In this document: in pieces, positions 42,648 to 53,150 of the stretch
How the letters are laid out: every line of letters begins with the position of its first letter
How positions within the stretch are numbered: the stretch's first letter is position 1
DNA from: a virus
Lineage: Duplodnaviria; Caudoviricetes
Direction: 5' to 3' (one strand)
IMG/VR virus record: IMGVR_UViG_3300033233_000040
Span: 1-61,753 of that record
Length of the DNA: 61,753 bases
The notes under the pieces: model-generated
Told to the model about the DNA's origin: nothing
The model's database searches: none
What the model saw: the letters and a program-made list of their open reading frames with translations, nothing else
Made by a program: the position numbers and the translations under genes

Positions 42648-45134
42648 ATGAGCGCACGGCGGAACTTTAACCCGGTTTCCGAACAGTTCAACAATCGCCA
42701 GATTGTGCGGGGAAGCAAGGGCTTTCCCAAAGGCGCGTTCGACGATATCCCCGGGCCGTCCATTCCTGAAGGCGGGATCAAGTACAGCGAGAACTACCTC
42801 CTCTTTCCCGATCGTGGGGAACCGCGGGGAGGCACCAAGCGGTGGTCAGATACTCCTTTACCATCCCTGCCCGGCCGCACCGGTTACACCCTGTCGAAAT
42901 ACCGCACGACCGTACATAAGACCGCGGGCGCGGCGTTTGTGGCCGGGGACGTGGGTAATTACATCGTGTATGACAACGGGAAGGTTGACCTGATAACGGC
43001 GTACCTCTCGGCGGACGAGGTGAGAGTCGCCGGAAGTGACCTGCGCCCGGACTCGACCGCGGCTTACGTGCGCGGCGCGAAGTACGGGTTCTTCCATCAC
43101 CCGGTGAAGAACAAGCTCGTTCTGCACATTGACACGCGCTTCTTCTGGGCGGACATCAACATCACCGCGTGGACCGAATGCACGCCGGGAAGTTCGGCGG
43201 TCCCCGCGAAATCCGCGAGTTCCGCCGCCATCCTGGGCGACAAGATGGTGGTGTTCAATGAGAACGGGATTTTCTCCATTGATCTTTCAACGAGCCCGTA
43301 CTGGTTTTACAAACTCAATACCCCGATCGCGAGGTCGATTACCCTCCCCTTTGACGAGTCCTTCAGGTCTTCCGCGAACGTGTACGGCTACCGGTATGTT
43401 TACACGCTTGTGCGCCTGGGCGGAACAGGACAAAACCGGCAGAGAACCGACAGCGGGGTGACGCTTGACGCTGAAAGCGCGCCGATCGCGCCGGACAGCA
43501 GCACCTTCCGGGACTACTGCGAGAAGTGGGAAGACATGCCCGTGGGCGCGGGCGAGGATAAGTGCGCGCTTCGCAGGGGACCTACGGCCCTTCCCGGGGC
43601 GTTTGATACGCTGACGGAACTTGCCGCCGTTGCCAACGGCCAGTTCGGCATCTCCATTACAGGCGGGGCGAGTACGAACATCCAGTGCATTTTTACGGGC
43701 ATCACCTCCTGGGACGAGGCCGCGGAGCGGATCCAGGCGGGCCTTCAGGACCAGTTCAGCTCGCTTCTTTGCGCCTGGCGGGGCAGTTATTTCGAGATCA
43801 AGGATACTGACATCGACAGCCAGATAACATCAATTGCGGCGGGCGCGAGCGGCACGGACATCAGCGGCCTGTTTACCGGCAGCGGGGCCTTGTCAACCCA
43901 ACCCTTCGTTGATGCGCCGCTGAACATGACGCAGAACGACGTTTACTGCCCGGGTGGCGCGGACCAGTTCACCCACTTTGGATTGTACCGCACCATGGAT
44001 CTGGGGGATAACGGGATTGATCCCATCAGCGGCGCGGCCAATAACACAGAGCTTTACGTCTGGGTGGCGGACGTGCCGATATGCAAGGCCGTGAAGGTAA
44101 CCGTCTCGGGAGGGGTTTGCAACGCTTCTGAAGGGGAGTTCCGCGCCGCTGATGTTGGAAGCGCCATTTATTTCAATACAGGAACAACGCCGAAAAGCCT
44201 ACTCATTACCGCGTACACGAGTCCGGCCAGCGTTATAGTACAAGGGGAGGACGTTATAACCGAAACCGTGGGAAGCATTGGGACCGGGTTTCCCGCGGCT
44301 GACCGCGAGTACGGCCACAATCTTGTGGGCTCGCAATCGGGCACGACCCTGACGCTTTCGGTAATGAGCGGATACGTCGGGGGGACAATCTTCTGGGCTG
44401 ATGGTACAAAGTCCGTTATCATCGCCCTGGCAAGCGACACGAGCCTGACGGTTTACCCGGCCGCTACGTTTACGGACAAGGCTGGGTGCTACTCTCCCAC
44501 CGTGCGCGCCTTCTCCGATACCATTTCAGACGCGATTTTAAGGGACCGGGCAAACGGCTTTTCCCTTTCAAACAGGCTTTGGACAAGCCTACCCACGGAC
44601 TCGCGCTGCGGGGTAATCGGCAGCGGATTTATGATCACCGCGCAGAGAGACAGCGGCACGGTCAATTACTGCCAGCTCCCTGACGGCGAGGAATATCTCG
44701 CGGGTTACAATTACGACGAAAAGCAGTTCCTCCGGGTGAACGACAATATCCGGGCGCTTCATATTCTCGGGGACATGCTCATTATTTTCTGCTCCCATTC
44801 GATCGTTGGCGTGGCGCTGAACACCTTCGGCGAGTACACCATTCCGAAGATCAATTTCGCGGTGATCACCCTTTCCTCGCAGAGCGTCATTTCCGATGAG
44901 CTGGGGTGCCATGATTACGGCAGCATCACGAAAATTACGAAGACGCGGGCGATTTTCCGGGCGAACGACCAGACCTGGCGGATGATCTCCTATGACGGCG
45001 CGGGGGTGACGATTTCGGATAATCTGGCAAAGGACAGGATTCAGAAAAGGCTGGATAAACTGGTTGGAATTACGGCGACCTGTTACGACAAGATCAACGG
45101 CCTCATGGTTTGGGGCTCAAACGTCAAAATATAA
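42648..45134 (+). CDS. Tail hub/stabilisation (P22 gp10-like) protein, N-terminal part
   Basis: Beta-rich; SENYL....GEPRGG, LIIFCSHSI, ELGCHDYGSI patterns. Confidence 0.55.
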   Translation: MSARRNFNPVSEQFNNRQIVRGSKGFPKGAFDDIPGPSIPEGGIKYSENYLLFPDRGEPRGGTKRWSDTPLPSLPGRTGYTLSKYRTTVHKTAGAAFVAGDVGNYIVYDNGKVDLITAYLSADEVRVAGSDLRPDSTAAYVRGAKYGFFHHPVKNKLVLHIDTRFFWADINITAWTECTPGSSAVPAKSASSAAILGDKMVVFNENGIFSIDLSTSPYWFYKLNTPIARSITLPFDESFRSSANVYGYRYVYTLVRLGGTGQNRQRTDSGVTLDAESAPIAPDSSTFRDYCEKWEDMPVGAGEDKCALRRGPTALPGAFDTLTELAAVANGQFGISITGGASTNIQCIFTGITSWDEAAERIQAGLQDQFSSLLCAWRGSYFEIKDTDIDSQITSIAAGASGTDISGLFTGSGALSTQPFVDAPLNMTQNDVYCPGGADQFTHFGLYRTMDLGDNGIDPISGAANNTELYVWVADVPICKAVKVTVSGGVCNASEGEFRAADVGSAIYFNTGTTPKSLLITAYTSPASVIVQGEDVITETVGSIGTGFPAADREYGHNLVGSQSGTTLTLSVMSGYVGGTIFWADGTKSVIIALASDTSLTVYPAATFTDKAGCYSPTVRAFSDTISDAILRDRANGFSLSNRLWTSLPTDSRCGVIGSGFMITAQRDSGTVNYCQLPDGEEYLAGYNYDEKQFLRVNDNIRALHILGDMLIIFCSHSIVGVALNTFGEYTIPKINFAVITLSSQSVISDELGCHDYGSITKITKTRAIFRANDQTWRMISYDGAGVTISDNLAKDRIQKRLDKLVGITATCYDKINGLMVWGSNVKI

Positions 45135-45165
45135 AGGCCATCAAAGGCCGGAAAGGCAGAAGAAA

Positions 45166-45642
45166 ATGAAAGCTACAATGACGCATGTGGCGGTGGACAA
45201 GCTGGTCTCGGGAATCAATGAGATCAACCAGGCGCGGGACGTGACCGCGGGCAAGGGGCAGATTCTATCCAACCCGGTAAAACTTCCGGCGAGATTCAAT
45301 TACGCTCTGAACCACACGCTGGCCCTTCTGAAACCCGCGCTCGATGCCATGCGCGAGACGAACAAGAAGACCTTCGCGGATTTCAACAAAGCCAAGGATG
45401 CGATCCAGAAGGAGTTTGAAGCGCTTCCGCCCGCGAACAGGGAAGACAAGAATGTCCAGGTTTCCTACAACGAACGCATTCTTAAACTCCAGAGCGAAAC
45501 GCACAAGGATAAGTTCGAGGAATGGAAGACCTTCATGGAGAGTGAGACCGAGGTTGATATTCACAAAATCAAACTTGCGGAAGTTCCGGACGCGCTCTCC
45601 GGGGACCAGATGGCCGCGATCTTCTCGCTTATCGAGGAGTAA
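45166..45642 (+). CDS. Hypothetical helical protein (possible fibre chaperone)
   Basis: GAAAGG SD; KLPARFNYAL...EVDIHKIKL. Confidence 0.55.
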   Translation: MKATMTHVAVDKLVSGINEINQARDVTAGKGQILSNPVKLPARFNYALNHTLALLKPALDAMRETNKKTFADFNKAKDAIQKEFEALPPANREDKNVQVSYNERILKLQSETHKDKFEEWKTFMESETEVDIHKIKLAEVPDALSGDQMAAIFSLIEE

Positions 45643-46725
45643 ATGGGTCAGCCAACCAACGTATCGTACCGCCTTGCCGTGGAGCCCGATCAGGGGACCG
45701 GATGGATTGAAAATACCGGCATGGACTGGCTATACCCAGAGGATGGGCCGTGCGCCGTTACCGTGTTCGACAGCGACGGCCAGGCGCATACGTTGGTGCT
45801 CGACCAGGACGGATACGCTTATGACGTGTCCGGGCGCGAAGGCGCGGCAGGCGGCATGGTGGCGAAGATCTGGAAGGATAAGATGTCCACCATCGGCGCG
45901 GGCGGCACCGCGGTTGTGCCCTCTCTCCTCTTTGCCGAGGACATGGGGACCTTTGAACATTACTTTGAGCGCCTGCTTGAGGGGCACCTGTTCTTTGATC
46001 CCTATGACCGCGGGAAAGCCGGCGCGGGCGGCTACGACGGCGTGGGATACCCTGACGGGCTGGAATTCGACGTTGACCTCTTTGTTGACGGTGACACGGA
46101 AGATGTGTCCGTGGAGGCGAAACATATCCCGCGAAACGGGGACCTCTGCTTTGACAAGGACCGGGAAGCCAACCGCATGCAGATCAAGCTTACCGCGAAC
46201 ATGGGCGAGCACTTGGTCCGCGGCAGGCTCTTCTATTACGAGTCGAGCGACCGCCCGGCCAACCCCGACGACCTCGTTGATACCGAGATGGACCACCAGA
46301 CCGCCCTTGCGGGGAACAACTTCAACCTGGTGAGCATAAACGGCGTGCGGTTGGACCGGTACGCCGGAAGCGTGGCCCTGGAAACGGGTGTCCCCGTGAT
46401 CGAGGTTGTGGCCGGCCCGGACGGGGCGGAAAGCGCCCTTTCGTTTACAGGCGCACAAGGCTTGTCCATAAACACACCAACCTACGCCGGGGATGTGACC
46501 ATCAATATCTTCCTGGGACAGGGGATTGCCTGCCCCTGCACGGTGCTGCAGTGGGCGGGACTGACCATCTCCGTGACGAAGTCCGGGGCGGTCTATTCGG
46601 TGGTCTGGGCGGATGGGGCGAACACGAAGACCCAGGCGCTTACGTGGAACGGAACAGGGTGGTGCCTGGTGGCGATCACGAGAAGCGGGATAAATTTGAT
46701 GTTCAGGGAAGGGAGCGGAGAATAA
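45643..46725 (+). CDS. Virion protein ending in the N-terminal half of a LamG-like domain
   Basis: Ends WNGTGWCLVAITRSGINLMF. Confidence 0.55.
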   Translation: MGQPTNVSYRLAVEPDQGTGWIENTGMDWLYPEDGPCAVTVFDSDGQAHTLVLDQDGYAYDVSGREGAAGGMVAKIWKDKMSTIGAGGTAVVPSLLFAEDMGTFEHYFERLLEGHLFFDPYDRGKAGAGGYDGVGYPDGLEFDVDLFVDGDTEDVSVEAKHIPRNGDLCFDKDREANRMQIKLTANMGEHLVRGRLFYYESSDRPANPDDLVDTEMDHQTALAGNNFNLVSINGVRLDRYAGSVALETGVPVIEVVAGPDGAESALSFTGAQGLSINTPTYAGDVTINIFLGQGIACPCTVLQWAGLTISVTKSGAVYSVVWADGANTKTQALTWNGTGWCLVAITRSGINLMFREGSGE

Positions 46726-46874
46726 TGCTGTGTTTGCGTGACCCCAAGCTCGCCGAGCGTCTCGGTGCCCGTTTTGACAGCGGGATACAGAAGATCATCA
46801 AATTCACCGAGGACGGGTCGACATATTCGCCACCCCGCCCATGCCCCGCCCGCGATGACCAGGAGGCGCGATAA
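46725..46874 (+). CDS. Small hypothetical protein (49 aa)
   Basis: MLCLRDPKL...; TAATG overlaps on both sides. Confidence 0.4.
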   Translation: MLCLRDPKLAERLGARFDSGIQKIIKFTEDGSTYSPPRPCPARDDQEAR

Positions 46875-47269
46875 TGCTTTACTTTACCGCTGATTTATCC
46901 CTTATCCCTGCCGGTACTCTTTGCCGCGTGTTCGGCCAAATCCATGACGGGCGCACTGTGGTTGAAGCTCGCGACCCTATCGCCGTTGACGGTCTTGAGC
47001 CGTGGGACGGTATGCAGGGCAACGGCATACCCATTGGCATTGACGACAAGACCCCTGGCAAGTGGGAGCCGTGGGAGAACAAAGAGGCGAAGGACGTTGA
47101 CGCTCGCATAGACAAGGCCGTTGAAGAAATAGCGGCACTGTCTTTTGTGTACCCTGCGAAAGTGTCTGCAAAGCTGAAAGGCGTGGTTGACAAAAATACC
47201 ACAGAGGGATTACTGAAAGCGGATGGCGCTGACATTACTATTAATGCGCCGAATGGGTGGAAGAAATGA
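46874..47269 (+). CDS. Hypothetical protein
   Basis: SD AGGAGG; coupled to neighbouring genes. Confidence 0.55.
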   Translation: MLYFTADLSLIPAGTLCRVFGQIHDGRTVVEARDPIAVDGLEPWDGMQGNGIPIGIDDKTPGKWEPWENKEAKDVDARIDKAVEEIAALSFVYPAKVSAKLKGVVDKNTTEGLLKADGADITINAPNGWKK

Positions 47270-50061
47270 ACCGCTATTGTAAGCTAGATTTACAGACAAC
47301 CGCCACGGTAACCACGTTTACCGATTTACGTAAAACCGCTACGGCTTTTGCAAAAATAGCGCAAGACTGGACTTCGGGCGTAACGGGTAAGTTCACGGGC
47401 GCTACTATCGCTATCCGTAAAGTGGGAGCGCCAACCGGAACATGCACTTTAAAAATCTATGCGGCAAACGCAGTACCGGAAGGCGGCGCTTTACTTGCAA
47501 CATCTGATACTTTTGACGTATCAACGCTTACAACCTCCGCTGTTCAGAGGGCTTTCTATTTCACATCCGCGCCATTTGCTATCACCGCTGCAACGCAATA
47601 TTATGTTGTTCTTGAAGGTACTTTTGCAGTATCCGCTACCGATTATGTTCAGGTTTGCGGGTCTGCCGCGTCCGCCTATGCGGGCGGTACGCTATGGACA
47701 CATAATAACACCTCTTGGAGCGCGGTTGCCAATAATGACATGAGCCTGTCCGTGTTTACCAACGCCGATGGCGGCTTCTTCGACCTTGACACATCCGTAG
47801 CCACCTCCGTCCTTCGCACGACCGTGAAGGGCGCGGCTATCGCGGCCACGGATGAAATTTGCTATTACAACGGCATCACGGTTACACAGGACGAAGCATT
47901 GACTTGTCTGATTACGCGGATGGGTAAATCCGTTGGCGCTACGGGTACGACCGTTGCGGATGCTACGAGCGGGCAGAGGTCCGGGATCTGGGACAATACG
48001 GCGGGATGGCCGACGACGTTCGCTGGTAACGCCACAAATACGAATAGTGGACATTCCAGCGCATTAACAGCGGCCGATGCAACAAGCAAGAACGGCATAC
48101 TGAAAATCTTGACAGCGACAACGCCATTGGCAACGAGGGCAACCGTGACCAATCTTGGCAATGCGCTTGACACAAATCAGAAGTGGACGATCAATTGGCC
48201 GAATGGGCAGGTCAAGATTTATAATATAGATGCGCTCTATTCTTATACTACGCCGTTTAATGCAATTGCAATGGATAGTTCCAAAACCGTGGGGGGGCCG
48301 GTTATAAAAAATGGGACTTATGGCGGGTTTATTGCCGGAGCACTCAATCTTATCGCGCTACCTTCGGGAGTTTCTATTGACCTTGCTTGCGATTTTAGAT
48401 TAAACAGCATAGATTTAACTGGTTTAGTTATGGGTGCATCTGCGTTTACTTACATTACTCGGGTGCTGGCATCAACCCTGACCACGGGTGGGTCAATTGC
48501 GCGAGGTGGGGTTAAAATACTTCCTCCCGCATCAGGCACCGGCGGCATTACTTTACTCACGATAATGCACCCCGCTTCTGGTGCGCTTTATGACAATGGC
48601 GATGTTCTTTCATTCGCTGATATTCGTCAAACCCAAATAGTTCCTACCGGCCTTGTCCTGACAAACCTCCAAAACGGCACAGCAAAAATTGAGGTATCGA
48701 ACATCGCCTCGGTTTCCGCTAATGACGAGTTGTGTCTATTCCTTGCCGATGGAACGCCACTATACAAAGTATCCCGCGCTAAATATGAAGCGGCACTTGG
48801 CGAGAAAGCGGCCAATAGCGGCCTTGTCGCGTCTTTGCAAATAGGCACGACTTACAGCGGCATCTACGCCAAGTACACAAGCGACCTTTCGACCTATGGC
48901 AACGCGTCTGCTGCGGCTGCCGATGTGACGGTGACGTATACCCCAGGCGTTGCGGATGCGCGGCCTATAGGGTATGGACAGGGCGGCAACAAATATACGG
49001 GCACCCTGGATAACCTCTTGGCCACGGACGGGGCGTATGTGACGCTGGAGGCAACGAGGAACAACATCCTTACCTTTGCCATTGGCAAGCTCAAGAGCGC
49101 CATACAGATTATGCTCAAGGGCACCACGTACACGGGCACGCGCACAGACGCGGCGGCAGGCAATGTGATAGCGGGTAGCGGAACTTACGGCGCGGATGGG
49201 ACGGAGTTTACGCCGAGCAGTGATAAACTCTACAGCGCGAGCGAGGAGGCGGCGAGGAATGTTGTGCTTGACCAAGGCCTTGCATTAGCGGGGCAAACGT
49301 GGAAGCAATTAGGCGCTAATAAGACCGGAACACTTGCGATTATCTTGGGCTTGGATATGCCTCGCGTTCCGCTTGCTGGTGCTGTAGAAGTAACCGCATT
49401 TGGTTATGGCTTTACAGGAAAGACCCAAGTGAAGATCGGCGGGTCTGGCGGCACACTTGCCACGGGCCTTAATGTGGTTTCAGACTATGTGATGAAATTC
49501 ACGGTCCCGGCAAAAGCGGAAGGGGCCTACGATATTTATGCCAGCGGAGGAGCCTTTGATGCGATTAATCAAGGGCCGATGATTGAATACATTGATACGG
49601 GCGTTCCCGCGCCCGATGCGCCGACGGGCCTGGACTGTACTGATGTGCGGTCAACGTCTTTTACTCTGATCTGGGATGCCGGACTGAACGTATCGAGCTG
49701 GGATGTTTACAAGGACGGCGTATTGTTCGGCAACAGCCTGACGAACAGCCTTTCCATTACGGGATTGGCCGGGAGTACCGCGTATGTGATGACGGTGATT
49801 GCGAAGAACAGCAGCAGCTCCCCCGCCTCGGAGCCGAAGACGGTGACAACAGCCGCGCCGGAAGCCGGGTCCCTGTCTCTTCTTGGAACGCAGGTTCTCG
49901 CGTCCGTGGTTTCGTTCGGCGGCGCGTGCAATGTGATGTCCCTGCAGACCGGGAAAATATTCGATCTGCGGTTGTATCCGTCAGCGCTCCCGCATGATAC
50001 GCAGGAGTATTATTACAAGGACGTGGTGAACAATAACGGCGGAGTGGTGATACCCAAATGA
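47257..50061 (+). CDS. Thr/Ala/Gly-rich virion adhesin or fibre with IPT/TIG-like and FN3 domains
   Basis: VTAFGYGFTG...V.SD....FTVP (IPT), PDAPTGL....V.STSFTL.W (FN3); start probably 47266. Confidence 0.7.
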   Translation: MEEMNRYCKLDLQTTATVTTFTDLRKTATAFAKIAQDWTSGVTGKFTGATIAIRKVGAPTGTCTLKIYAANAVPEGGALLATSDTFDVSTLTTSAVQRAFYFTSAPFAITAATQYYVVLEGTFAVSATDYVQVCGSAASAYAGGTLWTHNNTSWSAVANNDMSLSVFTNADGGFFDLDTSVATSVLRTTVKGAAIAATDEICYYNGITVTQDEALTCLITRMGKSVGATGTTVADATSGQRSGIWDNTAGWPTTFAGNATNTNSGHSSALTAADATSKNGILKILTATTPLATRATVTNLGNALDTNQKWTINWPNGQVKIYNIDALYSYTTPFNAIAMDSSKTVGGPVIKNGTYGGFIAGALNLIALPSGVSIDLACDFRLNSIDLTGLVMGASAFTYITRVLASTLTTGGSIARGGVKILPPASGTGGITLLTIMHPASGALYDNGDVLSFADIRQTQIVPTGLVLTNLQNGTAKIEVSNIASVSANDELCLFLADGTPLYKVSRAKYEAALGEKAANSGLVASLQIGTTYSGIYAKYTSDLSTYGNASAAAADVTVTYTPGVADARPIGYGQGGNKYTGTLDNLLATDGAYVTLEATRNNILTFAIGKLKSAIQIMLKGTTYTGTRTDAAAGNVIAGSGTYGADGTEFTPSSDKLYSASEEAARNVVLDQGLALAGQTWKQLGANKTGTLAIILGLDMPRVPLAGAVEVTAFGYGFTGKTQVKIGGSGGTLATGLNVVSDYVMKFTVPAKAEGAYDIYASGGAFDAINQGPMIEYIDTGVPAPDAPTGLDCTDVRSTSFTLIWDAGLNVSSWDVYKDGVLFGNSLTNSLSITGLAGSTAYVMTVIAKNSSSSPASEPKTVTTAAPEAGSLSLLGTQVLASVVSFGGACNVMSLQTGKIFDLRLYPSALPHDTQEYYYKDVVNNNGGVVIPK

Positions 50062-52757
50062 GCAATTTAGGCCGCGAAAACGTACCTCTTGACCGCAATA
50101 TGGCTATTGCGCAGCTTTGGCAGAAGGCCATAGACAACCGCAACGAGATCGAGCGGTTGAAGGGGGACGTGGAGCGGTTTAACAAGGTGATCAAGCCGCC
50201 CAATGAGGTAAAGACCAATACGGTGATACGGGGCAGTACGGCGGCGAGTATCACGTATACGGGCCTTTCTCCCATTACGATCGATGGTGACAACCGGATA
50301 ATGCTGGATTTGGCGTCCGTGAACCACAATTCCCTTGGAGGCCTTCAGGGCGGAAGCGAATCACAGCGCAACCATCTGTCTGACGGACAGATTACCCAAT
50401 TCAGCGCACCCTTTATCGCACCGCTGTATTATAACTCAGGTGAAGGGGTTCCCTATATCTACCTTTCGTATGACGGGTTTGATTTCGGTCTCGAAGGTGA
50501 TCCCGATGTCGAAAGTCTTTATATCAAGGATAGTGGAATAGACCATAACGCCTTGAATAATTATTCGGCGGATAGGCACTTTTTACAGACCAGTATCGAT
50601 CATGTTTCCACGGCACTCACAACCGGAATACTCAAAGTCACAACCGGGACCGGGGCGCTGTCGGTTGTTACCGACAATTCCGCAAACTGGAATACGGCTT
50701 ATGGTTGGGGCAGTCACGCGACTGCCGGATACGCCCTGGATTCCGCCGTTCTCAAGAAAGATGGTTCTGTTGCGTTGACCGCTGATTGGGATATCGGCGA
50801 TAATCGGATGATACAGGCCGACAAGATCCGAGCGCGTGACAATGCCGGATTGATGTTGTACGAAGATGGAGGCACCGGGATATTTATTCCGGATGCCAGC
50901 TCCGGCAGTGTTGGAATAAATAATACCACGCCGCGAGTAACGTGTTCGTATACCTGGTCCACGGGAACCCATTTAACGGTAAAAAATACGGAAAGCTATG
51001 GAGCCCATCTGAATGCGGAGGGCCAGGGCGCGAGATGCAGCCTAATTGATAGCGCGGCATCGGTTAATAGTAAATGGTGGAGCGTTTTAAGTTTGAGCGG
51101 TAATCTTACGTTTCAATTAATCAAGGATGATTCGAGCGGATTTACGGGGCAACCGCTTGTTGTTTCGGCTGGAGCCGTTAACGTCGTTGGAGAATTACGG
51201 ATCGGCGGATCGCGGAAAGATGCGAACTGGGATGCCGCCTATACGCACAAGAGTAATAACGGAACAGACCATTCGTATATCAACCAGGCCGTACTCACAA
51301 CGAGCACGCCGCAGTTTGCGAAACTTGGTATTGGCGCAGCCGTGGATGCCACGTATGATCTTTATGTAGCAAACCTGGCAAGCCATGATGCCGGAATACG
51401 GTTTGGTAATGACGTTTCAACTGGCGGGTATATTGTCCTCGCGTCGGCTGCTTTAGAGTTTTACACTGCGGCAACGAGAAGGATGTATATCACCGGCACG
51501 GGCGATGTAAATTGCTTATATGGATTGAGTGTTATTGGCACGGCTCAGATCGACAGGCTTGGCATAGGGCAGGCGGCGACAGCAAATGGTAATATTACCT
51601 CCGCAACCTCGGCGGCAAGCAACTACACCTCTCTGGATTGTTATTCGACCACTGATTCAGATTTGAGTGTTCTCTATTTCCGCAAAAGTTCGAATGCCGC
51701 GATTGGCACCATTGCCCAAACCGCGGCAGCAGAGGCATTTGGGCAAATCGAATTTGAAGGGGTTAACAGTTCCGGAGCCAGAGCGTCCGGTGGATTAATA
51801 AGCTGTGCGCAGGATGGGGATGCAGGATCTACCTATATCCCCGCGAAAATTCAATTTTGGACCGGAACTGGTGCGAGTGATGTGGCCAATAGAATGACCA
51901 TTTGGAGCACCGGCTATATCGAGACACATTCGGGGTTAGTCGTTGATGCCGCATCTGCGTCTGCCCGTTCTGATTTGATTATAAGTACATCAGGTGCAAC
52001 CGCCTATAGGGGCGGTCTCTTTATTACAAATGATGGCAGTGCTGTAATCGCCGGTACTGCCGGTGATCATTACGCCTTAAAACAGACAGCTACTTATTGT
52101 TCCTCGCCTTCCTTACTCGCATACCGCATGTCATGGGTTAAAGGAAGCGACACCGATACCGACATTGGCAGTGTTTTAACATTTGACAAGAACGGGTATT
52201 TAGTCTTAGGGGTTGCCGCTGCGGGTGATAGTCCATTGCATATAATAAAAGCCAGCGCCGGTACGATGGACTGTATAGCCGGATCACTCGTAACGCTTGA
52301 GCATGATAACAGCCTGTATTTGTCTATGCTTTCCCCGGCTGATAAATATGTGGGCTTGATCTCCGGTCAACCCGCCGACAACGACAACGGCAAACTGCTC
52401 TATTTCAACGGCACCACGCCGGCAGATCGGCATTGGGGGTTTACCTCGGACGCGATTAAAATAGCGGCTGTAGGGTCAACCGGCCTTGTTGTGGATACTG
52501 CCGGTGTATCCGCTGCATCGCCCACGTTTCCCGGCGTGATCAGTGCGATACAAAACGGGTCAGATGGTCAACGACCTGCCCTGTATTTGAAGCAATCGGA
52601 TACGGATTTTTGTATGATCCAGGCGATAGGGACAGAGGGGTCGGGCGCGGGAGTAAATTTCAGCACAACCGCCATCGGTGGATTTACCTATCAGGGAATG
52701 ATGCAGGTCAAGATTAATACAAACGTCAGATGGATTCCATATTACTTGGCATCTTAA
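50058..52757 (+). CDS. Tail fibre / receptor-binding protein
   Basis: NWNTAYGWG.H, NWDAAY.H, GSVGINNTTP, RMYITGTG.V fibre motifs; lower GC. Confidence 0.75.
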   Translation: MSNLGRENVPLDRNMAIAQLWQKAIDNRNEIERLKGDVERFNKVIKPPNEVKTNTVIRGSTAASITYTGLSPITIDGDNRIMLDLASVNHNSLGGLQGGSESQRNHLSDGQITQFSAPFIAPLYYNSGEGVPYIYLSYDGFDFGLEGDPDVESLYIKDSGIDHNALNNYSADRHFLQTSIDHVSTALTTGILKVTTGTGALSVVTDNSANWNTAYGWGSHATAGYALDSAVLKKDGSVALTADWDIGDNRMIQADKIRARDNAGLMLYEDGGTGIFIPDASSGSVGINNTTPRVTCSYTWSTGTHLTVKNTESYGAHLNAEGQGARCSLIDSAASVNSKWWSVLSLSGNLTFQLIKDDSSGFTGQPLVVSAGAVNVVGELRIGGSRKDANWDAAYTHKSNNGTDHSYINQAVLTTSTPQFAKLGIGAAVDATYDLYVANLASHDAGIRFGNDVSTGGYIVLASAALEFYTAATRRMYITGTGDVNCLYGLSVIGTAQIDRLGIGQAATANGNITSATSAASNYTSLDCYSTTDSDLSVLYFRKSSNAAIGTIAQTAAAEAFGQIEFEGVNSSGARASGGLISCAQDGDAGSTYIPAKIQFWTGTGASDVANRMTIWSTGYIETHSGLVVDAASASARSDLIISTSGATAYRGGLFITNDGSAVIAGTAGDHYALKQTATYCSSPSLLAYRMSWVKGSDTDTDIGSVLTFDKNGYLVLGVAAAGDSPLHIIKASAGTMDCIAGSLVTLEHDNSLYLSMLSPADKYVGLISGQPADNDNGKLLYFNGTTPADRHWGFTSDAIKIAAVGSTGLVVDTAGVSAASPTFPGVISAIQNGSDGQRPALYLKQSDTDFCMIQAIGTEGSGAGVNFSTTAIGGFTYQGMMQVKINTNVRWIPYYLAS

Positions 52758-53122
52758 CCAAAGGAGAGGGAAATGGAACGGAACTTAGCAAAGAAGAAAA
52801 AAGCGCAATCCTTGAGCGAACGATCAAGAGCCTTGAGATGCAGGGTTACGATCTGGAGATGCAGGGCAGGGCGGCGGGCCGGATCGGCAACGAGAAGGGC
52901 GCTTTGATTTATAACCACGCCCTGACCTGCCTACAGGTCACCGTTGAAACTGTGAATATTGCCAATTTCTATTCAACAGGCCTGGATGTGTCCGGCGCTG
53001 TTCAGTGCGACACTTTGCAGATTGACCAAGCGTTTGCGGCGGGAACAATAACGGCAACTCATACCATTCTGATAAAAGACCAGGACGGAACAAGCTGGAA
53101 GGTCCCGTGCGTGGCGGCGTAA
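52730..53122 (+). pseudogene. Chimeric remnant: small helical gene fused to an old fibre tip
   Basis: SD-preceded ATG at 52773 is out of frame by a GGAAC duplication; C-terminus resembles a fibre end. Confidence 0.4.
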
Positions 53123-53150
53123 AAGGATAATTTTGATAACGGAGGATATT

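Noticed and set aside
47257-53122. Diversity-generating retroelement or invertible tail-fibre switch
   Set aside because: No reverse transcriptase, template/variable repeat pair or invertase found.
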